A DNA stretch of 16,156 nucleotides. It comes from an uncultured archaeon. GTDB taxonomy: Archaea > Hadarchaeota > Hadarchaeia > Hadarchaeales > WYZ-LMO6. The position numbers and the translations under genes are program-made. Of this stretch, positions 7,583 through 15,119 are shown one piece after another. Position 1 is the first letter of the stretch, and each line of letters begins with the position of its first letter. The DNA is taken from NCBI GenBank assembly GCA_938074535.1, contig CALJER010000030.1, forward strand, positions 1-16,156, in the 5' to 3' direction. The notes beneath the pieces were generated by a model. The model ran no database searches, was not told where the DNA came from, and saw only the letters and a program-made list of their open reading frames with translations.

Positions 7583-7944
7583 ATCCCTCTACCCCCCCTG
7601 ATCTCCAGGTCCACGCTGCCGCAGCGGGGGCACTTCAGGAAGAGGGGCAGGAGGTCCGGGAGGAAGTGCAGGGCTTCCTCCTCCCCGCTCCCCTCCCCCG
7701 GGAACCACTCGAAGCCGCAGCCCCTGCAGCCCACCCTTCCCCTCTCCCTCTCCACCGTCACCTCGGCCCCCTCCAGCATGGTCCCCCTGGAGAGCTCCCT
7801 CAGGGCGAACCTCAGTGCTTCCTCCTCCACCCCCTGGATCTCCCCCAGGATGAGCCTGAAGCCCGTGATCCTCTTCGCCCCTTCCTTCCTCCCCCTCTCC
7901 ACCAGGGCCTCCACTATTCCCTCCGCCACGGCCCATTCGTGCAT
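7552..7944 (-). CDS. hypA: Hydrogenase nickel chaperone HypA, 130 aa
   Basis: Real start MHEWAVAEG (Ni-binding MHE) at ATG 7944 within ORF 7552..8592. Zn site CRGC...CPRC with the long archaeal insert EEEALHFLP, and GGRG near the C-terminus. Confidence 0.95.
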   Translation of the reverse strand: MHEWAVAEGIVEALVERGRKEGAKRITGFRLILGEIQGVEEEALRFALRELSRGTMLEGAEVTVERERGRVGCRGCGFEWFPGEGSGEEEALHFLPDLLPLFLKCPRCGSVDLEIRGGRGIWVSSLEIER

Positions 7945-7964
7945 CGGATTAAGGAGGGAGGGAC

Positions 7965-7990
7965 CGGGACTAAAAACCTTTTTTCTCCGG
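7965..7990 (-). promoter_or_regulatory. BRE/TATA of the hypA-hypB-hypF transcript (probably leaderless)
   Basis: Minus strand reads GAAAAAAGG-TTTTTAGT about 25-40 bp upstream of ATG 7944, in the 64-bp divergent hypA/hypE gap. Confidence 0.55.
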
Positions 7991-8008
7991 CGGGGAAGAG
8001 GAGGTGGC

Positions 8009-9058
8009 TTGACCGAGAGGGTGACGATGGCCCACGGGGCGGGAGGGACGGCCATGAGGGAGCTCATCAGGCAGCTCGTGGTGGGCGAGCTGGGGGGGAG
8101 CGGGGTGGAGGTCCCGCTGGAGGCCCTCGACGACTCCTCGGTGGTCGACGGCATAGCGCTCCACTCCGACTCCTCCACGGTGAAGCCCCTCTTCTTCCCG
8201 GGTGGGGACATAGGGAGGCTGGCGGTCTCCGGGACGGTGAACGACCTGGCCGTGATAGGGGCCAGGCCCCTGGCCCTCACCTGCGGCCTGATTTTGGAGG
8301 AGGGCTTTCCCCTGGAGGATCTGCGCAGGATCCTGAGGAGCGCTTCCGAGACCTGCAGGGAGGCCGGGGTCCACATCATAGCGGGGGACACGAAGGTGAT
8401 GGAGAAGGGTGCGCTGGACCAGCTGGTGATCAACACCTCAGGGATAGGGGTGAGGGGGGAGGAGCTGGAGCACAACCTGGAGGAGGTGAGGAGGTACAGG
8501 AGGATGGAGAGCAGGTGGCTGCTGGACTCCAACCTGAGGCCGGGGGACAAGATCCTGGTCTCCGGGACGGTGGGCGACCACGGGGTGGCCATCCTCTCCG
8601 CCAGGGAGGGCTACGGGTTCGAGACGGAGGTGAAGTCGGACGTGGCCCCCCTGAACCGCATGATCAGGGAGGTGCTGGAGGTGGGAGGGGTGGTGGCCAT
8701 GAAGGACCCCACCAGGGGGGGCCTCTCCAACGCCCTGAACGAGTGGAGCGAGAAGTCGGGGGTGGGCATCCTGCTCTGGGAGGAAAAGATACCGGTGAGG
8801 GAGGGCGTGAGGGCGGCCTGCGAGATGCTCGGGGTGGATCCCCTGGAGATGGCCAACGAGGGGAAGGTCGTGATAGGGGTGGTGCCCCAGAAGGCGGAGG
8901 AGGTGCTGGAGGTCCTCAGGTCCACGAAGCTGGGGAGGGAAGCGGAGCTGATAGGGGAGGCCACGGACGGGTTCAGGGAGGTGGTGATGGAGACCTCCCC
9001 GGGGGGGAGGAGGGTCCTGCCTCCCCCTTACGGGGATCCCGTCCCCAGGATCTGCTGA
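8009..9058 (+). CDS. hypE: Hydrogenase maturation protein HypE (AIR synthase-like), about 349 aa
   Basis: HGAGG, DS.TVKPLFFPGGDIGRLAVSGTVND, GDTKV, KDPTRGG, ANEG and the C-terminal PRIC. TTG start at 8009 follows GGAGGTG. Confidence 0.96.
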   Translation: MTERVTMAHGAGGTAMRELIRQLVVGELGGSGVEVPLEALDDSSVVDGIALHSDSSTVKPLFFPGGDIGRLAVSGTVNDLAVIGARPLALTCGLILEEGFPLEDLRRILRSASETCREAGVHIIAGDTKVMEKGALDQLVINTSGIGVRGEELEHNLEEVRRYRRMESRWLLDSNLRPGDKILVSGTVGDHGVAILSAREGYGFETEVKSDVAPLNRMIREVLEVGGVVAMKDPTRGGLSNALNEWSEKSGVGILLWEEKIPVREGVRAACEMLGVDPLEMANEGKVVIGVVPQKAEEVLEVLRSTKLGREAELIGEATDGFREVVMETSPGGRRVLPPPYGDPVPRIC

Positions 9059-9066
9059 TCGCCGGC

Positions 9067-9417
9067 TCAGGGAAGCTGGGTGGGTTCCAGCAGCCTGTTG
9101 TCCATCCTGCGCACCAGGGCCACCCACTCGGGCATGAGCTCCTGCCACTCCCTGGAGCTCAGGAACTCCGCCCAGAACTCCTCCCTCTTCTCCCTGCTCT
9201 CGAAGGCCAGCAGGTAGGTGACCTCTTCCTCCTCCACCACCTTGGCCTCCCCGTCCAGGTCCACCACCTCCCTGTACCTCGTCACCCAGTGCCCCACCGG
9301 TTCCCCCCTCCCGCTGAGCTTCTCCGCCCCCAGCGGCATGGCCTTGTCCCTGTAGAAGAGGAGGAACTCCCGCAGCTTTCCCGGCCTCACCGTGTAGCTC
9401 CGCAGCTCGTAGATCAA
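9067..9417 (-). CDS. NIPSNAP-family (dimeric alpha/beta barrel) protein, about 116 aa
   Basis: C-terminal part of ORF 9067..10221: (M)IYELRSYTVRPGKLREF...VGHW...YLLAFES...W.EF....EW...NRLLEPT. TTG start overlaps the SDR stop (TTGA). Confidence 0.82.
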   Translation of the reverse strand: MIYELRSYTVRPGKLREFLLFYRDKAMPLGAEKLSGRGEPVGHWVTRYREVVDLDGEAKVVEEEEVTYLLAFESREKREEFWAEFLSSREWQELMPEWVALVRRMDNRLLEPTQLP

Positions 9418-10211
9418 ACCATCCCACCCGGAGGCTTGGAGGGCCCTATGCCCCTCCCGGCCAGGATCCCGCCGTCTATCACCAGGGTGATGCCCGTCAC
9501 GTAGGAGGCTTCGTCCGAGGCGAGGTAGAGGGCCCCGTAGGCCGCGTCCCAGGCCGTGCCCAGGCGCCCCAGCGGGGTCATCCACTCCAGGATCTTCCTC
9601 CGCTCCTCCGTCATGATGGGCGCCACCATCGGCGTGTCCAGGAAGCCGGGCGCTATGCAGTTCACCCTGATGCGGTACTCCGCCAGGTCTATGGCCATGC
9701 TCCTGGTCATGTTGATGAGGGCGGCCTTGGTGGTGGAGTAGGTGATGCTCGGGTGCCCCGTCAGTCCGGCCGCGGAGGAGGTGTTGATGATCACCCCTCC
9801 CCCTCCCCTGATCATGTGGGGGACGGCGTGCTTCGACATCAGGAAGACCGTTTTCAGGTTGGTGGTCACCACCGCGTCCCAGTCCTCCTCCGTCGTGTCC
9901 AGGAGCCCGAAGGGCGTGGCTATTCCCACCACGTTGTGCAGGATGTCGAGCTTTCCGTAGGTGGAGACCGCCGTTTCCACGACCCTCCTGGCGTCCTCGT
10001 TCTTGGTGAAGTCCCCCTGCACCACGATGCCCTCTCCCCCCTTCTCCTCCACCATCCTCAGGGTCTCCTCCGCCGCGCTTTCGCTGAGGTCGGCGCACAC
10101 CACCTTGGCCCCCTCCTGGGCGAAGAGGATGGAGGTGGCCCTCCCGATCCCGATGCCGGGTCCGCTGGAGCCCGCCCCCGCGATCAGAGCCACCTTTCCC
10201 TTTAACCTCAT
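9414..10211 (-). CDS. Short-chain dehydrogenase/reductase (FabG-like), probably NAD-preferring
   Basis: LKGKVAL, glycine-rich loop with an insert (AGAGSSGPGIGIG), Asp after beta2 (CAD), catalytic S..YSTTK, IRVNCIAPG and PLGRLG...VTG...IDGG. Confidence 0.92.
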   Translation of the reverse strand: MRLKGKVALIAGAGSSGPGIGIGRATSILFAQEGAKVVCADLSESAAEETLRMVEEKGGEGIVVQGDFTKNEDARRVVETAVSTYGKLDILHNVVGIATPFGLLDTTEEDWDAVVTTNLKTVFLMSKHAVPHMIRGGGGVIINTSSAAGLTGHPSITYSTTKAALINMTRSMAIDLAEYRIRVNCIAPGFLDTPMVAPIMTEERRKILEWMTPLGRLGTAWDAAYGALYLASDEASYVTGITLVIDGGILAGRGIGPSKPPGGMV

Positions 10212-10254
10212 CCTCCCGCACGAGAGTGGTTTTTGCCCACTTTATCCCTTGCGG

Positions 10255-11418
10255 TCAGAAATCCACCCTCTTCCCCTCGTAGGCGTAGAGGAAGAGCCTC
10301 CTGCAGTCCTCGTCCCCGGGCACCCTTGGGCTGGTGAAGATCCCCGTGCTCTGCATGGCCTTCCTCACCAGCTCCTCCAGCTTTTCCTCGAACTCCTCCC
10401 TCTTTATCCCCAGCTCCCTGACGGAGAGGGGCTCCCCCACCCTCCTTATCAGCCCCCTCACCTCCTCCAGCAGCCTTCCCGCCGCCTCCTCCTCCGAGGC
10501 GCACCTGATGCCGGCCGCCCAGGCTAGCTCTGCCAGCCTCCCCCCCACGGTTCCCGCCGCGTACTCCAGCCCGTAGGGGAGGAAGAGCCCCACCGTCCTC
10601 CCGTGGGGGATGTGGAAGACCGCTCCCAGGGAGTGCCCCATCGCGTGGACGAGCCCTATCTGGGAGTTGGAGAAGGCCATGCCCGCCATGGTGGCCGCCA
10701 CGTGCATTTTGTCCCTGGCTTCCATGTCGCCGCCGTCGGCGTGGGCCCTGGGCAGGTAGGTGAAGGCCAGCTGGACGGCCTTCAGGGCCAGGGCATCGGA
10801 GAAGGGGTTGCTCCACTGCGAGAGATAGGCCTCGAAGGCGTGGGCCAGCACGTCCATTCCCGTCATGGCGGTAAGGGAGGGGGGCATCCTGGAGGCCAGC
10901 TTGGGGTCCACGATGGAGAGATCGGGCAGGATCTCTCTGGAGGCCAGCTCGATCTTGAACTCCTCCTCCCTGCTGGTGATCACGCAGGCCCAGGTGGCGT
11001 CGGATCCCGTCCCGCTGGTGGTGGGTATGCACACCAGCCTGGCCCTCTTCCTCAGTCCGAGCTCCGTCATGGGCGTGATGTCCTCGATCCTGAGGTCGGG
11101 CCTCTCGTACATGACCCAGATGGCCTTGGCCGCATCCATGCACGATCCCCCGCCCAGCCCCACGAACCAGTCCGGGGAGAACTCCCTGGCCTCCCCCGCC
11201 CCCCTTATCACGGTCTCCCTGGAGGGCTCGGGCTCCACCTCGTCGAAGACCAGGACCTCCAGTCCGTTCTTCCTCAGGCGCTGGACCACCTCGTCCACGA
11301 AGCCGAGCTTCCGGATGTTCTGGTCCGTCACCACCATGGCCCTGCTTCCCTTCACCGTTTCCAGGGCATCCAGCGCGTCCTCGCCGAAGGCCACCCTGGG
11401 GGCCAGGAACCACCACAC
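10255..11418 (-). CDS. Iron-containing (group III) alcohol dehydrogenase
   Basis: GLGGGSCMDAAK, PTTSGTGSD, metal ligands DVLAH, GLVHAMGH and PHG. GTG start follows a GAGG SD. Confidence 0.94.
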   Translation of the reverse strand: MWWFLAPRVAFGEDALDALETVKGSRAMVVTDQNIRKLGFVDEVVQRLRKNGLEVLVFDEVEPEPSRETVIRGAGEAREFSPDWFVGLGGGSCMDAAKAIWVMYERPDLRIEDITPMTELGLRKRARLVCIPTTSGTGSDATWACVITSREEEFKIELASREILPDLSIVDPKLASRMPPSLTAMTGMDVLAHAFEAYLSQWSNPFSDALALKAVQLAFTYLPRAHADGGDMEARDKMHVAATMAGMAFSNSQIGLVHAMGHSLGAVFHIPHGRTVGLFLPYGLEYAAGTVGGRLAELAWAAGIRCASEEEAAGRLLEEVRGLIRRVGEPLSVRELGIKREEFEEKLEELVRKAMQSTGIFTSPRVPGDEDCRRLFLYAYEGKRVDF

Positions 11419-11444
11419 CGGTATCCTCTCTCCTCAGCACCCGC

Positions 11445-11460
11445 TCATAAAAAGTTTTGT
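11445..11460 (-). promoter_or_regulatory. BRE/TATA for the ADH-SDR-NIPSNAP operon
   Basis: Minus strand ACAAAAC-TTTTTATG about 28-42 bp upstream of GTG 11418. Confidence 0.55.
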
Positions 11461-11535
11461 CGGAGCTCGGGGCCCACCGGGAGCCGCGGGTTTCCTCTCG
11501 GGTCCCTCCGGAGCCCTGAAAGGTTTCACGTTCTT

Positions 11536-11551
11536 AACAATCAATATAAGG
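11536..11551 (+). promoter_or_regulatory. Putative BRE/TATA for tfe-HD-ahcY
   Basis: AACAATC-AATATAAG about 25-32 bp upstream of ATG 11575. Confidence 0.45.
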
Positions 11552-11574
11552 AAAGAGGTCTCTATTTTATAAAG

Positions 11575-12126
11575 ATGGGCATGAAAAAGGGGGGCAAGAA
11601 GCCGGACCCTTTTGGTAAGAACCCGGCTTTGAAGGAGTTTGTCAAAAGGGTGGCGGGGAACCACGGGCTCCTCATCCTTTCCAAGCTGTGGGGCAGGCAG
11701 CTCACGGACGAGGAGCTGGCGAAGCTCACCCGCCTCAGGGTAAACCTGGTGAGGAAGATCCTCTACGACCTTTACGAGAACAGGGTGGTCAACTACCACC
11801 GCCTCAGGAACGAGGACAACGGCTGGTACATCTACCGGTGGTATGTGGAGGCGGAGGGGGCGCTGGAGAACCTCCAGTCCATCAGGCAGGAGCTCCTCAG
11901 GAAGCTGGAGGAGAGGCTGGAGTACGAGCGCGGCCACATGTTCTTCTCCTGCAAGAACGAGTGCCCCAGGATGACCTTCGAGGAGGCCTCCGAGCGGGAG
12001 TTCAAGTGCCCCCACTGCGGCGAGCAGATGGACTTCGTGGACAACAAAGAGGTGATAGCGAGCCTGGAGGCCCAGATAGCGGAGCTCAGGCGTCAGTGGG
12101 GTGAAAAGCTTCAGGCCAACTCGTGA
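11575..12126 (+). CDS. tfe: Archaeal transcription factor E (TFIIE-alpha homolog)
   Basis: Winged helix TDEELA...VRKILYDLYE...NGWYIYRW and zinc ribbon CKNEC...FEEA...FKCPHCG. Start at ATG 11575 or 11581 inside ORF 10603..12126. Confidence 0.95.
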   Translation: MGMKKGGKKPDPFGKNPALKEFVKRVAGNHGLLILSKLWGRQLTDEELAKLTRLRVNLVRKILYDLYENRVVNYHRLRNEDNGWYIYRWYVEAEGALENLQSIRQELLRKLEERLEYERGHMFFSCKNECPRMTFEEASEREFKCPHCGEQMDFVDNKEVIASLEAQIAELRRQWGEKLQANS

Positions 12127-12634
12127 GGAAGCCCTCTCCCTCCTGAGGGCTGCTGGTTGCGGGGAGGGCGTGGTGAGGCACTGCCTGGCGGTGGAGAGGA
12201 AGGCCGTGGAGCTTGCCGAGCTGGCGGAGGGAAACGGGTTGAGGGTGGACAGGGAGCTGGTTTCGCTGGGGGCGCTGCTGCACGATGTGGGAAGGGCGGT
12301 CACCCACGGGATAAGGCACGGGGTGGAGGGGGGCAGGATGCTGAGGGAGAGGAACCTGCAGGAGCTGGCGCGCTTCGCCGAGAACCACCTGGGCGCGGGG
12401 ATCCCCAGGGAGGAGGCGAGGGAGCTGGGCCTGCCCGACAGGGACTTCCTTCCCCTCACGGTGGAGGAGAAGCTGGTGGCGTACGCCGACAAGGTGATGG
12501 AGGGGGAGGAGGAGGTGGAGTTCGGGCGGATCCTGAGGAGGTTCGAGAGGGAGCTGGGCCCGGGCCATCCTGCGCTGGCGCGCCTCAGAAAGCTTCATGA
12601 GGAGGTCATGAGAATGACGGGGGGGAGAGGGTGA
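12101..12634 (+). CDS. HD/HDIG-domain metal-dependent phosphohydrolase (TIGR00295-like)
   Basis: HC..V, GALLHDVGR, HGVEG, HLGAGI, P.TVEEKLVAYAD. The position directly after tfe is typical for euryarchaea. Confidence 0.9.
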   Translation: MKSFRPTREEALSLLRAAGCGEGVVRHCLAVERKAVELAELAEGNGLRVDRELVSLGALLHDVGRAVTHGIRHGVEGGRMLRERNLQELARFAENHLGAGIPREEARELGLPDRDFLPLTVEEKLVAYADKVMEGEEEVEFGRILRRFERELGPGHPALARLRKLHEEVMRMTGGRG

Positions 12635-13881
12635 GGTACAGGGTCAAGAACCTCCGCCTGGCCCCCAGGGGGAGGGCGGCGGTGGAGTGGGCCAGGGAGC
12701 ACATGCCGGTGCTGGGGGAGATCAGGAGGGAGTTCTCCCGCACCAGGCCCCTGAGGGGCCTGAGGGTGGGAGCCGCCCTGCACGTGGAGGCGAAGACCGC
12801 CGTGCTGGCCCTCACCCTGAAGGAGGGGGGGGCGGAGGTCTCCCTGGCCGGATGCAATCCGCTTTCCACCAAGGATGAGGTGGCGGCCGCGCTGGTGAAG
12901 GAGGGTGTGAGCGTTTACGCCTGGAGGGGGGAGGGACGGAGGGACTACTACCAGAACCTGAGGAGGGTGATCGCCGACCGTCCGCAGCTCGTGATAGACG
13001 ACGGTGGGGACCTGATCTCGGAGCTGCACTCGGAGGGGAAGGGGGGGGTGAGGGGAGGATGCGAGGAGACCACCACGGGGGTCCACAGGCTCAGGGCCAT
13101 GGAGGCCGAAGGGAGGCTGAAGTTCCCCGTGATCGCCGTGAACGACTCGCCCACCAAGAGGCTCTTCGACAACCGCTTCGGGACCGCGGAATCCACCCTG
13201 CAGGCCCTCATGTCCCTGACCAACACCCAGATCGGGGGGAAGAGGGTGGTGGTGGTGGGGTACGGCCACGTGGGGAGGGGGATAGCCTCCCGTGCCAAGG
13301 GGCTGGGGGCGGTGGTCACGGTGGTGGAGACGGATCCCGTGAGGGCCCTGGAGGCCGCCATGGACGGGTTCCTGGTGAGGACCATGGAGGAGGCCTGCGA
13401 GTACGGTGAGCTCTTCATCACGGCCACGGGGAGCCTACACGTGATCAGGGGGGAGCACCTGAGGGAGATGAGGGACGGGACCATCCTCTGCAACGCGGGC
13501 CACTTCAACGTGGAGATAGACCTGGAGGCCCTGGAGAAGCTGGCGGTGCGCAGGAGGGAGGTGATGGAGGATGTGGAGGAGTTCAGGCTGAAGGACGGCA
13601 GGCGCCTCTACCTGCTGGCGGGCGGAAGGCTGGTGAACCTGGCGGGCAGACGCTCCCTGGGGCATCCCATGGAGATCATGGACTTGAGCTTCTCCCTTCA
13701 GGCCCTGAGCCTGAGCTACCTGGCCGCCCACGCGGAGGAGCTGAAGCCCGGGGTGCACGAGGTGCCCGAGGAGATCGACAGGAGGGTGGCCGAACTCAAG
13801 CTGAAGCGCATGGGAATAAGGCTGGAGAGGCAGACGGAGGAGCAGCGCAGGTACCTGCGTTCCTGGGAGGTGGGCACCTAG
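12631..13881 (+). CDS. ahcY: S-adenosyl-L-homocysteine hydrolase family protein (adenosylhomocysteinase)
   Basis: HMPVL, LHVEAKT, CNPLST, DDGGD, EETTTG, VNDS.TK.LFDNRFGT, GYGHVGRG, NAGHF, GRLVNL and GHP.EIMDLSF. GTGA overlap with the upstream gene. Confidence 0.96.
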   Translation: MRYRVKNLRLAPRGRAAVEWAREHMPVLGEIRREFSRTRPLRGLRVGAALHVEAKTAVLALTLKEGGAEVSLAGCNPLSTKDEVAAALVKEGVSVYAWRGEGRRDYYQNLRRVIADRPQLVIDDGGDLISELHSEGKGGVRGGCEETTTGVHRLRAMEAEGRLKFPVIAVNDSPTKRLFDNRFGTAESTLQALMSLTNTQIGGKRVVVVGYGHVGRGIASRAKGLGAVVTVVETDPVRALEAAMDGFLVRTMEEACEYGELFITATGSLHVIRGEHLREMRDGTILCNAGHFNVEIDLEALEKLAVRRREVMEDVEEFRLKDGRRLYLLAGGRLVNLAGRRSLGHPMEIMDLSFSLQALSLSYLAAHAEELKPGVHEVPEEIDRRVAELKLKRMGIRLERQTEEQRRYLRSWEVGT

Positions 13882-14138
13882 GGCAGCCTGTAGACCAGGT
13901 CCTTCTCCCTGACCCTCTGTGCCACCTTCAGACCCACCGACTGTCCGGCCCCAGCCGACTGGACGTTCTGGTGCTCGATCTGCATGGACTCCACCACCTG
14001 CTGGAGGTTGGTGGTGGGCCCCTCGATCGAGATTCTGTCGCCCACCCTCAGCTCGCCGGAGAGATCCACCACTGCCACCCCTATCCTGGTGAAGTAGTGG
14101 CTCACCTTCCCCACGAGTTTCTTCTCCATTTCTTCCAT
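13878..14138 (-). CDS. Small beta-barrel protein, EF-Tu domain II-like / U32-peptidase C-terminal-like, about 86 aa
   Basis: VGKVSHYFTRIGVAVVDL...LRVGDRI.IEG.TT...Q.VESMQIEH......GQSVGLKV..RVRE.D.VY. Start at ATG 14138 or 14129. Its stop overlaps the ahcY stop (CTAG). Confidence 0.85.
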   Translation of the reverse strand: MEEMEKKLVGKVSHYFTRIGVAVVDLSGELRVGDRISIEGPTTNLQQVVESMQIEHQNVQSAGAGQSVGLKVAQRVREKDLVYRLP

Positions 14139-14233
14139 CTTCCTCGAACGGGGAGCTTTTAACCCTACCGCAGGGCTTAGATATTGCTTCAGGTTCAAAG
14201 TGGGGAGGGGAGAGGCTGGAGCTGCTTGAGCTG

Positions 14234-14992
14234 ATGAGGAGGCTGGGGGAGCTGAAGGATGCGGCGAGGAGGGGGTGGGTGGTCAGGGGCATACCGCCGG
14301 AGAGGGCGGAGGACGTGGCCCAGCATTCCTTCGAGGTCTGCTCCCTTTCCCTCCTCCTCTCCCTCGAGCTGGAGAGGGGCGGCAGGAAGGTGGATGCGGG
14401 GAAGGTCCTGGCCATGGCCGTGGTGCACGACTGGCCTGAGGTCCTGACCGGCGACAGGCTGCCCTCCTCCCCAGGCAAGGAGGAGGATGAGGAGAGGGCG
14501 CTGGAGGGGATGGTGGGCGACAGGGTGTGGGGGAACAGGGTGAAGGAGCTGTGGAGGGAGTACGAGGAGGGGAAGACCCTGGAGGCGAGGGTGGTGCACC
14601 TCGCGGACGGGCTCTCCGTCCTCCTGCAGTGCCTCAGGTACGGAGGGGGGAGGGTCCCGGCCCCCCTGGAGGACCTGTGGAGGGGGGTGGAGGAGAGGCT
14701 CAGGTGCCTCCTGCCCGGCCTTCCCGAGCTCTCCGACCTCTTTTCCCAGCTGGCGGGGCTCGGTCCGCCAGCAGCTTCCCGTACCTCCTCCTCACCCACC
14801 TCTCCACCTCCTCAGCGGAGAGATCGGGGAGGGAAGGGCCGGGGGAAGGGGGGAGGGGGTGCAGGAGGGAGAGGAGCCTCGCCGCGAGGGGGAGGTAGAG
14901 GAGGAGCAGGCAGACCGTCCCCACTCCGGGGAGCCCCGCCGCCTCCCCCGTGGCCAGGGAGGCGCAGGAGACGGCCAGGCCGGAGAGGGTGA
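14234..14992 (+). CDS. HD-domain hydrolase, YfbR/HDDC2 (5'-deoxynucleotidase)-like; folded domain ends near 14760
   Basis: LK...RRGW, EDVAQHSF, MAVVHDWPEVLTGD and LWREYEEG.T.EARVVHLAD. The last ~75 aa are low-complexity and antisense to the next gene. Confidence 0.85.
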   Translation: MRRLGELKDAARRGWVVRGIPPERAEDVAQHSFEVCSLSLLLSLELERGGRKVDAGKVLAMAVVHDWPEVLTGDRLPSSPGKEEDEERALEGMVGDRVWGNRVKELWREYEEGKTLEARVVHLADGLSVLLQCLRYGGGRVPAPLEDLWRGVEERLRCLLPGLPELSDLFSQLAGLGPPAASRTSSSPTSPPPQRRDRGGKGRGKGGGGAGGRGASPRGGGRGGAGRPSPLRGAPPPPPWPGRRRRRPGRRG

Positions 14993-15119
14993 CCAGGAGG
15001 AGGGTCCTTCTCCTGTGCCTCCTGTAGGAGAGGAGGGCCCTCCCCCCGAGGCCCATCACCACCGCCTCCAGCCCCAGGAAGGGGGAGCCCAGGAGCAGCA
15101 GGAGGTGGAGGGCGTTCAT
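14700..15119 (-). CDS. Hypothetical membrane protein with about 3 TM segments, 139 aa
   Basis: ATG 15119 overlaps the nth stop (ATGA). Hydrophobic segments LHLLLLLGSPFLGLEAVVMGL, TLLLVTLSGLAVSCASL and VGTVCLLLLYLPLAARLLSLL. Codon usage is host-like. Confidence 0.7.
   Translation of the reverse strand: MNALHLLLLLGSPFLGLEAVVMGLGGRALLSYRRHRRRTLLLVTLSGLAVSCASLATGEAAGLPGVGTVCLLLLYLPLAARLLSLLHPLPPSPGPSLPDLSAEEVERWVRRRYGKLLADRAPPAGKRGRRAREGRAGGT

Noticed and set aside
14200-14233. Out-of-frame GTG at 14200 before G-runs; deleting one G would give MGRERLELLELMRRLGELK, suggesting a frameshift
   Set aside because: ATG 14234 already precedes the first conserved LK..R.GW motif. This cannot be distinguished from chance without reads or orthologs.
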